NCBI GenBank assembly: GCA_033723415.1 | Contig: JAWVXD010000001.1 | Span: 352,001-416,000, forward strand | Origin: Sulfurospirillaceae bacterium | GTDB taxonomy: Bacteria; Campylobacterota; Campylobacteria; Campylobacterales; Sulfurospirillaceae | Reading direction: 5' to 3' | DNA: 64,000 nucleotides | Shown here: piece by piece, positions 46,317-56,708 of the stretch | How positions within the stretch are numbered: position 1 is the first letter of the stretch | Layout of the letters: each line of letters begins with the position of its first letter | Notes under the pieces: generated by a model | What the model saw: the letters and a program-made list of their open reading frames with translations, nothing else | Databases searched by the model: none | What the model was told of the DNA's origin: nothing | Translations under genes and position numbers: made by a program

Positions 46317-47114
46317 TTATATCAAAATAAATTCATTCTCCAATAAATTTGAAATCATAATATGATCACCTAGTGTTTTTCCCAATCCCAATATGATCTT
46401 TATAGCCTCGCTACATTGCACTGAAGCTGCAAATGTCACAGAGAATGAAGGATTTCCTATACTCTTTTCAATCCCGCTACTACCGGTCTTATAGAGATTT
46501 TCTAGTGTTAAGTTTGTACAGAACTGACCATTTAATCCGGCTATGGCACCATGTACGAAGTTTAATCCATTTTCCTTACACTCAATTGACAATTCAAGCT
46601 TTGTTCCAGGGTTGTCTAATGCATCTATTACAACATTTGCAGTCGAGATAAAATCAAGATCATTTTTTGGTTTAAACTTTTTTACATAAGCGTTTATCTG
46701 AATAGACGGATTGATCCTTTCTAGTTCCTCTTTTGCAACTAGGACTTTTTCTCTGCCAAGTGTTGCATAATTTGAAAAATTTTGCCTGTTAAGATTGTGC
46801 TCTTCAAAAATATCAAAATCAAATAAAGAGAGTTTTCCAACTCCGATTCTGGTCAAAATTTCTGCTATATGCCCACCGAGACCTCCACATCCTATAATAG
46901 CAATATGCGATTCCAAAAGTTTTAGCTGATCTTTTACACATATCGTTGATTGATTTCGCTTATATCTAAGAGGAGTTATATTATTTTTTAGTGCTATCTT
47001 CTCAACTTCTCGCAAAGTCGTTTGAAATTTTTGTGCAGCCTTCTTATGTAGGTCCATAGGCAAATAATTGTCATATAAGTTGTCTAACAAATAATTTAAT
47101 ATTTTTTGTTGCAT
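46317..47114 (-). CDS. ThiF/MoeB/HesA family adenylyltransferase
   Basis: RYKRN, IIGCGGLGG, HNLNRQ, DALDN. Confidence 0.9.
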   Translation of the reverse strand: MQQKILNYLLDNLYDNYLPMDLHKKAAQKFQTTLREVEKIALKNNITPLRYKRNQSTICVKDQLKLLESHIAIIGCGGLGGHIAEILTRIGVGKLSLFDFDIFEEHNLNRQNFSNYATLGREKVLVAKEELERINPSIQINAYVKKFKPKNDLDFISTANVVIDALDNPGTKLELSIECKENGLNFVHGAIAGLNGQFCTNLTLENLYKTGSSGIEKSIGNPSFSVTFAASVQCSEAIKIILGLGKTLGDHIMISNLLENEFILI

Positions 47115-47177
47115 TCTAAATCCTATTAGTGTTATAATTGTTCATAAATACTTCAAATAAAGTCTGGAGGCAAACAA

Positions 47178-47465
47178 TTGATAAAAATCACTTTTAATGC
47201 TTTCTCATTTTTGAGAGAAAAGCTCAAAAAGCAAAATATCCCATATGTCAATGCCCTTATGGAATTTCCAGATAATTATACACCAAACCTTATAATAAAA
47301 AAGTTTGGCTACGATGATAGAGAAGTGGAAGCAGTATTTATAAACGGAAAAGTAATGCCAAAAGATACTGTTTTAAAAACTGGCGATAGACTAGCTCTAT
47401 TGCCTCCTGGAACTCCTGGATGTTATCGCCTGATACTCGGCATAAAACAAGAGGAGGGTGCTTGA
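47178..47465 (+). CDS. MoaD/ThiS-like beta-grasp protein lacking C-terminal GG
   Basis: AVFING...LKTGDRLALLPPG followed by an extension; TTG start with GGAGG RBS. Confidence 0.7.
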   Translation: MIKITFNAFSFLREKLKKQNIPYVNALMEFPDNYTPNLIIKKFGYDDREVEAVFINGKVMPKDTVLKTGDRLALLPPGTPGCYRLILGIKQEEGA

Positions 47466-47711
47466 TCAGCCCCCTCCAACTTTAGGGAATATAGAAAAAA
47501 TATGTCCATCCTCTAGCACAAAATCTTCTTCTATGTGTCTTCCGTTTACCATTAAAACACCGATAGGAAGCCTTTCTTGATCAATACCAATATCTTCTAG
47601 AACAAATTTGGCAGTAGTCCCTTTTGGGTACTGCCTAGTATCTGCTTTAAATCTGCCTTCTCGATATTGTGCGAAAAGCTTCACGGTGATTGTAATCATC
47701 TCGGCCATCAA
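47466..47711 (-). CDS. MoaD/ThiS sulfur carrier
   Basis: TVKLFA...VNGR...FPKVGGG C-terminus; overlaps aor stop. Confidence 0.88.
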   Translation of the reverse strand: MMAEMITITVKLFAQYREGRFKADTRQYPKGTTAKFVLEDIGIDQERLPIGVLMVNGRHIEEDFVLEDGHIFSIFPKVGGG

Positions 47712-49450
47712 AAATTCCAGAACTCATCAATCTCTTCATTTGTAAAGTCCCAAGTTACATTATGTGGTGGAAGAGCTTCGTATTTCATAAACTCAGGTAG
47801 TCTGTCGTCATGTTTAGTTAATCCTGCGTTTAGGTTAAACTCATGTTCTGTTTTGAGTATGTTTTTACCAAGATTCATAACATCATCAGTTGTTAAATTT
47901 ATACCAAATCTTGCATTTATCATATCTATCAAAGCAGGCAAACACTTCGGATCATCAAGCGCCGGGAATGCAACAAAGATACACATGCCAGTACTGTCAA
48001 CAGCGGCAGATGCTATCTGAAGATTACGCGCTAACTCTACTTGACCTTCTTTCTTTAATGGATCTACATGACCACCACTGTTTAATATATTTGTGGCAAC
48101 TGCATAACCTGCAGTATGATCAGCACCCATTGGAGTAGTTGCATAAGTGATACCTTGACCTTTTACGGCTCTTGGTTCATAAGCAGGAATACTTTGGTTC
48201 TTTACAACAGGTACACGAACTAATCCATACAATTTACCTAGATTACCGGCACCTGAACCTACGATTCTACCAAGATGAGTTCCTTCGCAAACTTCATACT
48301 TTAGTATCTCGTATGCTCTGTCTCCATCTCCAAATTCAATAAGCCCGGCATCAACTGCAAGTCCAAGAGTTACACCTGTTTCGATTGCATCGACTCCCAT
48401 ATCATCCATCAAAGCATCTATCTTTGCAATCTGATCCAAGTCTCTAATACCTAGATTTGCACCAAAAGCCCAAATCATCTCATATTCAAAACCGGAAGTT
48501 AGATATTTACCTTCTTTATCGTTATATGTTTGAGAACACTGAATAACGCAGCCTGCATGACAACCGTGAGTCGTGCTACCGCCTCTGGCTTTAATATTTT
48601 CAGCCATTGTCTCGCCACAGATATTTTCTGCATTATCAGAATAACCTGATCTGAAATTTCGAGTCGGTAAGCCTCCTGCCTCATTTATGATATTTACCAA
48701 AACATTTGTTCCAAACGCCGGTAATCCTTCACCGCTGATAGGATTGTCTTGAAGAGCTTTTGTAAAAATCTTACTCGCTTCTTTGAATTTTTCTACATCT
48801 ACGATACTTGCACTGGCTTCATTGAACTTTTCTGCATCTACGGTGATACACTTGATCTTTTTAGAACCCATAACAGCACCGAGTCCACCACGTCCGTGAC
48901 TTCTTAGTTTTCCTTTTGGATCTTTTACAGAAACATTGGATATGAGCATTTTCATCTCTCCCGGACGTCCTATACTCATCACTGCTACTTTTTTATCATA
49001 TTTTTCCATCATAGCATCTAAAACAAAATAGTTATCTTTTCCAACAAGTTCAGGAACTTTGTGTATTTCTATGTTTTCTTTTGTTACATGGATATGATAA
49101 AACGTACTATCATCTTTAGGCATACCTTCGATTATCAGTGCTTTTACACCGAGTTTTGCCATAATACCGGCAGATGTTCCGCCGACATTACTTTCTTTTA
49201 TACCGCCTGTCAATGGACTCTTTGCCCCAAGAGAGTTTCTTCCGCTGTTTGACGCACTTGTACCGGAAAGCAGTCCCGGAGCAAAAACAAGCTTGTTATT
49301 TGGCCCAAGAGGGTGACATTCCGGATCAACTTCCGCAGCAACGATTGTAGAGGTCAATCCTCTACCTCCTAATCCCATCCAAGCCTCAGGAACATTTTCA
49401 ATCTTAAAACTAAGATCTGACATATTCACTCTGTAAATTTTGTCTGACAT
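47708..49450 (-). CDS. aor: Aldehyde:ferredoxin oxidoreductase (tungstopterin family)
   Basis: GLGGRGL, KSPLTGGIKESN, GRGGLGAVMGSK, CHAGCVIQC, EYE, GADH, DDRLP. Confidence 0.93.
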   Translation of the reverse strand: MSDKIYRVNMSDLSFKIENVPEAWMGLGGRGLTSTIVAAEVDPECHPLGPNNKLVFAPGLLSGTSASNSGRNSLGAKSPLTGGIKESNVGGTSAGIMAKLGVKALIIEGMPKDDSTFYHIHVTKENIEIHKVPELVGKDNYFVLDAMMEKYDKKVAVMSIGRPGEMKMLISNVSVKDPKGKLRSHGRGGLGAVMGSKKIKCITVDAEKFNEASASIVDVEKFKEASKIFTKALQDNPISGEGLPAFGTNVLVNIINEAGGLPTRNFRSGYSDNAENICGETMAENIKARGGSTTHGCHAGCVIQCSQTYNDKEGKYLTSGFEYEMIWAFGANLGIRDLDQIAKIDALMDDMGVDAIETGVTLGLAVDAGLIEFGDGDRAYEILKYEVCEGTHLGRIVGSGAGNLGKLYGLVRVPVVKNQSIPAYEPRAVKGQGITYATTPMGADHTAGYAVATNILNSGGHVDPLKKEGQVELARNLQIASAAVDSTGMCIFVAFPALDDPKCLPALIDMINARFGINLTTDDVMNLGKNILKTEHEFNLNAGLTKHDDRLPEFMKYEALPPHNVTWDFTNEEIDEFWNF

Positions 49451-49687
49451 TTTTTCTCCTTTTGAGACATCTGCTATGTATGCCTTATTGTCCCTATTTT
49501 ACGTCTTTTATAATTAAAATAGTATTAAATTTTTTGAATCATTAAATAAAGAAAATATGCAAAATTTGCATATCTTTTTTTACACACTTTTTTAATTTAG
49601 ACAACATAAAAAGTGAATTTTTGCTATCATAACGGGGAAATTTTAAATCCGATAAAAAATCTTTGATTGTAGGGAACAGAGTAAAAT

Positions 49688-50848
49688 ATGATATCAAAAA
49701 AACAAATCTTGATCATGTCAGCAGCAGCCGGAGTAAATGCCGCAAATATTTATTATTCTCAGCCTATCTTGAATAATATTGCATTAAATCTAAATCTTAG
49801 TCATGGACAGGTTGGAAATCTTCCTGTATTCACACAGGTTGGTTATGGACTTGGATTGTTCTTTTTAACTCCGCTTGGAGATATGATAGATCGAAAAAAG
49901 TTGATAGTATTTTTACAGATCTCATTAGTATTTACTTTATTTGGTATGACGATCATAGATAATATAAATTCTCTATACATATTGAGCCTTATGACAGGAC
50001 TTTTTGCTGTTGCTCCACAAGTAATCATACCTATGGCAGTCTCTATGAGTCCAAACACAAAAGGCAAGGTTGTAGGTACCATATTTAGCGGCCTATTGAT
50101 AGGCATCTTGATAGCTAGGACTTTTAGTGGATATATGGCACATTGGTTCTCTTGGCATACGGTATATGGATTATCTGCTTTATTTGTTTTTCTCTGCATC
50201 GTCTTGGTTCAAAAGACTCTACCAAACATAGAACCAAATTATTCAAGCAGTTATATATCACTTTTAAGATCAACTTTTGTGCAGATGAAACGATTTGCTC
50301 TTTTGAGAAAAGTTTCACTTTTGGGAGTTTTTTCATTTGGTATTTTTTCATCTTTTTGGACTACACTGACGTTTAGATTAAGTGAGGGGCCATTTCATTA
50401 TAGTAGCGGCACTATAGGGTTATTTGGTATTTTAGCAGTAGGAGGTGCTCTTCTAGCTCCAAAACTTGGTAAACTTTCTGATAGGGTCAATCCTCAATTA
50501 ACAAAATTTTTGGCTGTTTTTACTATCATAATATCCATACTTATGATTAGATGGTTTGACACATATGTATTGGCTTTTGTTCTAGCTACTATTTTACTTG
50601 ACATAGGTGTTCAGGCTATCCAGATAAACAATTTTGCGCAAATTTATACCTTGGATGAAGAAGCTCACAGCAGGATAAATACAGCATACATGACAAGCAT
50701 GTTCCTGGGTGGATCTATCGGTACGTTTATAGGTGTAAAATGCTGGGAGTTTGGCGGATGGAACTTTGTCACTATACAACTTTTATCATGGTCGCTCATA
50801 GCCTTGATTATAGTATCTTCAAGCTATAAAAGTATAAAAAAAACTTAA
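49688..50848 (+). CDS. MFS transporter
   Basis: NIYYSQP, PLGDMIDRKK, multiple TM segments. Confidence 0.9.
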   Translation: MISKKQILIMSAAAGVNAANIYYSQPILNNIALNLNLSHGQVGNLPVFTQVGYGLGLFFLTPLGDMIDRKKLIVFLQISLVFTLFGMTIIDNINSLYILSLMTGLFAVAPQVIIPMAVSMSPNTKGKVVGTIFSGLLIGILIARTFSGYMAHWFSWHTVYGLSALFVFLCIVLVQKTLPNIEPNYSSSYISLLRSTFVQMKRFALLRKVSLLGVFSFGIFSSFWTTLTFRLSEGPFHYSSGTIGLFGILAVGGALLAPKLGKLSDRVNPQLTKFLAVFTIIISILMIRWFDTYVLAFVLATILLDIGVQAIQINNFAQIYTLDEEAHSRINTAYMTSMFLGGSIGTFIGVKCWEFGGWNFVTIQLLSWSLIALIIVSSSYKSIKKT

Positions 50849-50982
50849 ATATTTTTCTTCCGACAAGAATCCAAACCTAAAAAATATAGTAAGTACCTTT
50901 TAAGCAAACGGTTCTTATAATGCACCTATAATTTAGGAATAACTTTGCCTAAAACAAGGCAAAAAACTTTATAAGGAAATCC

Positions 50983-51738
50983 ATGAAAAATCCAACTATT
51001 GCACAATTACAAAATAGAAAATCGATCCGACAATTTACAGGAGAAGAGGTTAGTGATTCTGACTTAGATCTTATATTTAGAACTGCTCAAAGAGCACCTA
51101 CTTCGATTAACGGGCAGCAAATAAGCCTTATCTACACAAAAGATAAAGCGATGCTTGAAACAATAGCTGATCTTTGTGGAGGACAAACTCACATAGCCAC
51201 AGCTTCTGTTTTTGTAGGAGTCGTCATCGACTTTAACAGAACCAGTACCATTGTAGAGAGTATAGGTAGGAAACATGTCATAGAACAAAGTGCTGAGGGT
51301 ATTATGGTCGGTGCCGTTGATGCAGGTATCATGTTAGATCACCTCCAAAGTGCCGCAGAGGCCTTAGGCTATGGCACAACTGCCATTGGTGCGGTGCGTG
51401 GTAGGGCAGATGAGATGATCAAGCTTTTTAAGTTGACACAAAAAACATTTTTAGCAGTAGGATGCACGATAGGTGTACCTACAGAAGCTGCAAAAAATGC
51501 CCCGCTGAAACCTCGGGTATCATTGGATAGTTTTGTTATGGAAGGTTCATATGATAGTGAGAAAGTAAAAGCCGGCGCATTAGAGTATGAAAATACTCTC
51601 AAAACTTTTAGAGATGAAACAGGCAGTGGTTCAATGCCGACTTATGCTGAAATGACATCAAAATATTATGCTGATATTTACTATCGAAAAACAGGTAAAA
51701 CCTTGGAAGCGCAAGGATTTGCTTTTAAAGACGAGTAG
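50983..51738 (+). CDS. NfsA/Frp family nitroreductase
   Basis: NRKSIRQF, APTSINGQ, KPR. Confidence 0.88.
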   Translation: MKNPTIAQLQNRKSIRQFTGEEVSDSDLDLIFRTAQRAPTSINGQQISLIYTKDKAMLETIADLCGGQTHIATASVFVGVVIDFNRTSTIVESIGRKHVIEQSAEGIMVGAVDAGIMLDHLQSAAEALGYGTTAIGAVRGRADEMIKLFKLTQKTFLAVGCTIGVPTEAAKNAPLKPRVSLDSFVMEGSYDSEKVKAGALEYENTLKTFRDETGSGSMPTYAEMTSKYYADIYYRKTGKTLEAQGFAFKDE

Positions 51739-51776
51739 TTATCTTTAAAAAAGGGATAGGCACAAGGGTGGACTAA

Positions 51777-52508
51777 ATGGCTAAAATATTTATCACGGGA
51801 TCAACAGACGGTTTGGGATTTTTGGCTGCACAGATGCTGCTAAAACAGGGGCATAAGGTTGTTCTGCATGCACGAAATAATGAGAGGGCAGAGCAAGTAC
51901 GGCACAAACTCCCGACTGCTGAGAAAGTATTGATTGCGGACCTCTCAAATATCGAAGAGACTAAAAGATTAGCAACTTCAGTCAATGCCTTGGGCCCTTT
52001 TGATGCTATTATACATAATGCGGGAGTTTATCAGGTTTCAAAACAGCTTATCTTTGCTGTCAATACGCTAGCGCCGTATATCTTGACTTGCTTGATACAA
52101 AAACCTAAACGCCTCATCTATATCGGTTCAGACTTGCATCTTCAGGGTGATCCAACTCTTCAAGACTTCTCTCTTGAAACGGGAGCAAGTTATTCTGATT
52201 CTAAATTTCATGTTTTGTTACTCTCCATGGCTGTAGCGCGTAAATGGCCAGATGTTTATGTCAATACCGTTAATCCAGGCTGGGTACCGACGAAAATGGG
52301 TGGTTCGAGTGCGACGGATGATCTGCAAAAAGGGGCTGAGTCACAAGTGTGGCTTGCTGTGAGCAGTGATATTAGAGCTCAAGTAAGTGGTCGTTATATT
52401 TTCCATCAACAAGAAGCGCATTATTTACCAGAAGCAGACGATATAGATACGCAAGAAAAATTGTTGACACTTTGTGAACAGATCAGCGGAATCCATTTTC
52501 CAGATTAG
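51777..52508 (+). CDS. Short-chain dehydrogenase/reductase
   Basis: TGSTDGLG, HNAG, YSDSK, PGWVPT. Confidence 0.9.
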   Translation: MAKIFITGSTDGLGFLAAQMLLKQGHKVVLHARNNERAEQVRHKLPTAEKVLIADLSNIEETKRLATSVNALGPFDAIIHNAGVYQVSKQLIFAVNTLAPYILTCLIQKPKRLIYIGSDLHLQGDPTLQDFSLETGASYSDSKFHVLLLSMAVARKWPDVYVNTVNPGWVPTKMGGSSATDDLQKGAESQVWLAVSSDIRAQVSGRYIFHQQEAHYLPEADDIDTQEKLLTLCEQISGIHFPD

Positions 52509-52616
52509 AAGAAACCCGTAAATATTATGTTGATATCTACTACCATTTGCTAGTTTAGGATATAAAAAGTATAATTTTCATATAAAAATTAAAACAAGCA
52601 ACATATTGGAGTAAAA

Positions 52617-55478
52617 ATGTCCGAGACTTGCAATCGTAGACCAAAGTGTACACATCAAAAATATGGTGATTCTACGAAGTGTATCTTGCATTGTGATAAA
52701 TCAAATTTTAACGATGATGATATAAGATTTTTTTGGGAAAAAATACGGGAAGAATATATTCAGTACTCTTATCCTGATATTTCTAATGAGATTATCATAG
52801 AAGATGTAATCTTCCCTAAATTTGGAATTTTTAACAGGTATAACACATATTTTTTTCAAGGCAATTGTAGATTCCTTCATAATGTAAAATTTATAAAGTG
52901 TATTTTTACAGATAATTTTGATTTATCACAAGCCGAATCTAGCCAAAAGATAACATTTGATAATTGTACTTTCTATGGAGATATTCAGTTCAGCCAGTCA
53001 AATACAATAGAGATAATAAATAATTCTCAGTTTAAAAATGAAGTCTCATTTGGACATTCCTGCTGGAATAAATTAGAGATAAAAAGCACCAAGTTTTTTC
53101 AAGATACAAAAATATACATAAAAAATGATTTAAATATAGATGATTGTACTTTTAATAATGATGTCTTAATAGATGGTTTTACTACTTTGAACTTAGGTAT
53201 TAAAAACGGATCATATAAGAAACTAGTAACCATAAGTAATACCAAAAGTATAAAGCTTGAAGATGTTAAATTGAACTCAGATGTAAATTTCAGTGGGACT
53301 AATGATAATATCGATATAAAAAATATCGAATTTAAGAAAGATGTGACTTTTGATGCATTTAATAATTTACACTTAAACAACACCCAGTTTCATCAAAAAA
53401 GCAATTTTAGTCCAAACCCATATCATGACATCACTTTTGACAACACAAAAATGAATGATGTGGAATTACATTCTGGGAATACTTTGACTATCGTTAATTC
53501 TAGTGAAGTCAATGGAAATCTAAAGCTAAACGAAGTATATCAAAAGTTAAATATTGAAAATTGTAATATTAAGAAAAACTTGAATGTTGGCAATGTCAAG
53601 GAGATTATATTAAAGTGGAGTAGACTTGAAAAAAACTCAGTATTTAGCGGTGTATATAATGATGTAGATATCTTGGAATGCTCATTTAAAGACTTGACAA
53701 TAAATGCAACCAATACAATAAAAATAAGTGACAGTAAAATTACTGGTGACCTTGATTTGCTTGGACAAGACTATAAAGATATATCTGCCAGCCACACTGA
53801 GATTTCTGGTACGATACAAATAGGTAAAGCGACAAAAATAGAGTTAATTGATCTAAAACCAAATCCATCTCTAAAACTGATAAATGATGAATATGAAGAT
53901 GTCAATATAAAAGACTCAAGATTTACCGATGTTAAAATGAACTCTATAAAGGTATTAAATATTCAAAAGACTACAATAAATGGTATATTTAGTTTATTGG
54001 GAGAACAAAATCAAAATTTAACCTTTAATACGGTTAAATTTAAAAATAGATGTGATTTTCCTAATATTACTAAGTTGATTTTCAATAAAAGCAGTTTTGC
54101 AAAAGATGTGAATTTTAATACTTTAGGCAGGTTAGTTTCAAATCAAACTCAATTCAATGAAGACGTGAAATTTTTAGCAGAATGCACAACTATTGAACTT
54201 GAAAATTGCGAATTTCATCAAAAAATGCAACTCTCAAAAGTTACAAATTCGTTGGATTTCAAATCTTGTTGCTTTAAAGGGGAGGTCGATTTCAGGAATG
54301 GTGAATTTAAGGTAGTAAATATACTTTCTTCAACTTTTGAAGGTGATTTATTGTTATCCTCATCCATAATAGAAAAAATTCATCTAGATAAGATAACAGA
54401 AGAATTGGCTGAAAATAACTCATTTTCTTCCGTAGATTTTACTGAATCACAAATTAAGTATATTACTATAGCCAACTCTAATTTTAGTGGTACATTAAAA
54501 TTTACAAAGTTACAGCAAACACAATCTTTATTATCCTTAGATAATATTACAACGTCGACTATTGAATGTTTGATGATTGAACATAGTACGATAATGAACT
54601 TATTTAGGAGTTCCAAGCATCTAATAATTAACAATTTTACACTAGAAAATGTAAAATTAGACACAAATAGTTCAGAAATAGATTTAACAGATATAAAAAT
54701 AAGTGAACTAAAATTCAATAAAATAAGTATCTTAAAAAATATGAATTTTAGTGAAATGAAGATAAAAAAATTCATAATAGGCAATTCAAACATAGAACAT
54801 GTATTTAGAATAAAATACTCTGATATAGGTACTTTTACACTCATATCTAGTACTTTTGAAGACTTACAGATAATAGACAATAAATGTGAGCATTTTGATG
54901 AAGAAAAAAAATTAATATTGAGAAACACGACAATAAAAAATGCTGTATTAGACAAATTAAGATATAACAGTTTTATTATGAATGATGCTCATGTAAGTGA
55001 TGTTAAAATAGGTTATGTAAAGTTCAAAAAGGGGAGTAGAGAAACAAATAGATTTTTCAAAAATTATTATGATTCAATTAGTGATTATATTACAGCAAAT
55101 ACATATTATAAACAAGAGATGGAAGAACAACTCAAAGCTTCTTCTACTGATAACGGGGAGAAATTTGTTTTATGGATAGGGAAAACAGTTTCTAATTTTG
55201 GGCAAAGTTGGAGTCGACCTCTTTGCTTAATGATTTGTTTTTCAATTTTCTTTTTTATGTATATGCATTGGCAAATATTTTATAGCTACGGATGGCATTA
55301 TTTATGGCAAAGTAAATTAACTATTTGGAATGAATTTTGGGAATTTTTAAATCCATTTGTAAGAACAATTGATCCACAATACAAAGGAAGTTATAGTATT
55401 TGGATATTTCATAAAATATTGATGGCTATTCTCATGTATCATTTTATTGTAGCAGTAAAAAGAAAAACAAAAAGATAA
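52617..55478 (+). CDS. Large pentapeptide-like beta-solenoid protein with C-terminal membrane domain
   Basis: N-terminal CILHC, long F-x-x-x-x-F repeat region, SNFGQSWSRP followed by TM helices. Confidence 0.7.
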   Translation: MSETCNRRPKCTHQKYGDSTKCILHCDKSNFNDDDIRFFWEKIREEYIQYSYPDISNEIIIEDVIFPKFGIFNRYNTYFFQGNCRFLHNVKFIKCIFTDNFDLSQAESSQKITFDNCTFYGDIQFSQSNTIEIINNSQFKNEVSFGHSCWNKLEIKSTKFFQDTKIYIKNDLNIDDCTFNNDVLIDGFTTLNLGIKNGSYKKLVTISNTKSIKLEDVKLNSDVNFSGTNDNIDIKNIEFKKDVTFDAFNNLHLNNTQFHQKSNFSPNPYHDITFDNTKMNDVELHSGNTLTIVNSSEVNGNLKLNEVYQKLNIENCNIKKNLNVGNVKEIILKWSRLEKNSVFSGVYNDVDILECSFKDLTINATNTIKISDSKITGDLDLLGQDYKDISASHTEISGTIQIGKATKIELIDLKPNPSLKLINDEYEDVNIKDSRFTDVKMNSIKVLNIQKTTINGIFSLLGEQNQNLTFNTVKFKNRCDFPNITKLIFNKSSFAKDVNFNTLGRLVSNQTQFNEDVKFLAECTTIELENCEFHQKMQLSKVTNSLDFKSCCFKGEVDFRNGEFKVVNILSSTFEGDLLLSSSIIEKIHLDKITEELAENNSFSSVDFTESQIKYITIANSNFSGTLKFTKLQQTQSLLSLDNITTSTIECLMIEHSTIMNLFRSSKHLIINNFTLENVKLDTNSSEIDLTDIKISELKFNKISILKNMNFSEMKIKKFIIGNSNIEHVFRIKYSDIGTFTLISSTFEDLQIIDNKCEHFDEEKKLILRNTTIKNAVLDKLRYNSFIMNDAHVSDVKIGYVKFKKGSRETNRFFKNYYDSISDYITANTYYKQEMEEQLKASSTDNGEKFVLWIGKTVSNFGQSWSRPLCLMICFSIFFFMYMHWQIFYSYGWHYLWQSKLTIWNEFWEFLNPFVRTIDPQYKGSYSIWIFHKILMAILMYHFIVAVKRKTKR

Positions 55479-55504
55479 TAGAAACACAATATCAATTTCC
55501 CTTA

Positions 55505-56560
55505 TTAAAACAGATCCGTGGTTTTTTTCAATCTCTCTTGGTCAAAATGCGTATAAATTCTGGATGTATTGATATCTGCATGACCGAGGGATTCTTGAAC
55601 GAGTACCAAATCTCTGTTTTTTTGGTAGAGCAGGGTGGCAAACGTGTGTCTTAGCATATGGCAACCGTTTTTCTCTTTCCTTAAGCCCGCACTCATAAGT
55701 ATCTGCTCAACTAAGCGGCTTAGATAGGCTTGTGTTAATTTTGTGCCCTTTTGATTGCAGAACATCAGCCCGTCTTCACAATTTCTGATCTCAAGCCATG
55801 CAGCCAAGTCCTCTTTGATCACGCGCTCTCTTATCATGACGACTCTGGATTTATTTCCTTTTCCTGTTATCTTTATGATGTAATTATCTTCTTCTTTGAA
55901 AAAGTCCTTGATCTTGACACTGATCGCTTCTCCGACTCTGATGCCTGTATAAAGGATTAGTTTTATGACCAAGCGGTTCCTAGCGCCAAGTTCAGGAGTT
56001 TTGTAATCAAATGCATCGATTGCATTGATAAATCTAGAGGCTTCTTCTTTGTTAAGAAAAGAGGGCAGTTTGACACCGCTTTTCCCGCTCAAACCGCCCC
56101 AATTTTTAAGCTCTATACCATATCTGTAGGCGTTGCCGTTTTCATCTTCATTTTGTTTATCTATATAACCAAAAAAGCCAAGTAGGGCGATACGGTAGTT
56201 TTTTTTACTCGCATCTGACAAACTTGAAGTCTCACTCGCTAAAAAATCACTCAGAAGCTCTTCATCGATCTCTTTCATAGAACCTGCACCAAATCGCATA
56301 AGATACTCATATAGCTTTTCAAGTGGACGGTAATAGACATGAACGCCACTCATACCTATATTTCTCGCTTCTTTTAAAAGATTTGTTAGAGTTTTTATAT
56401 CACTGGTACCTTTTGCTAGATTTTGGATAATGATTGCCAGTTTGTCTTTGTCCGTTACTTGTCGATTTGAAAGAGTCGTAACCTTGTTGCGTATAAATCT
56501 ACTAAGCCAAAAAAGATACGTTTGACTAAAAGTCGACTCAAGATCAAGAGAATACCTCAT
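55505..56560 (-). CDS. xerH: Tyrosine recombinase XerH
   Basis: Catalytic R-K-HxxR-H-Y (GIRVGEA, GKGNK, HMLRH, LGH, SRIYTH); N-terminus LFWLSRFIRNK..LSN typical of XerH; adjacent difH. Confidence 0.92.
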   Translation of the reverse strand: MRYSLDLESTFSQTYLFWLSRFIRNKVTTLSNRQVTDKDKLAIIIQNLAKGTSDIKTLTNLLKEARNIGMSGVHVYYRPLEKLYEYLMRFGAGSMKEIDEELLSDFLASETSSLSDASKKNYRIALLGFFGYIDKQNEDENGNAYRYGIELKNWGGLSGKSGVKLPSFLNKEEASRFINAIDAFDYKTPELGARNRLVIKLILYTGIRVGEAISVKIKDFFKEEDNYIIKITGKGNKSRVVMIRERVIKEDLAAWLEIRNCEDGLMFCNQKGTKLTQAYLSRLVEQILMSAGLRKEKNGCHMLRHTFATLLYQKNRDLVLVQESLGHADINTSRIYTHFDQERLKKTTDLF

Positions 56561-56606
56561 AATGTGCCTTTTTTTGATATTTTCATATTATAGCAAAATT
56601 TAGCTT

Positions 56607-56640
56607 AATTGTATTGGAAACTGTAATTTCCAAACTCTTA
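56607..56640. other. difH chromosome dimer-resolution site; probable left attachment junction of the provirus
   Basis: AATTGTATTGGAAA-CTGTAA-TTTCCAAACTCTTA: inverted arms around a 6-bp spacer, closely matching Campylobacter difH as recalled; about 50 bp upstream of xerH. Confidence 0.85.
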
Positions 56641-56708
56641 TTTGGATTTATTGGCTTGAAACTTAAACGAGTGAGAAATTATGAGTTAAAACTTAAAAAG
56701 AGTATGTC

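Noticed and set aside
49451..49510. Sigma-54 promoter upstream of aor
   Set aside because: GG and GC dinucleotides present but not at the required GG-N10-GC spacing
54380..54955. 191-aa antisense ORF inside the 953-aa gene
   Set aside because: Shadow frame with composition expected from AT-rich antisense codons
55505..56560. Tyrosine recombinase as the phage's own integrase
   Set aside because: N-terminus and length match chromosomal XerH, and it lies on the other side of difH from the phage genes; not fully excluded without the whole genome
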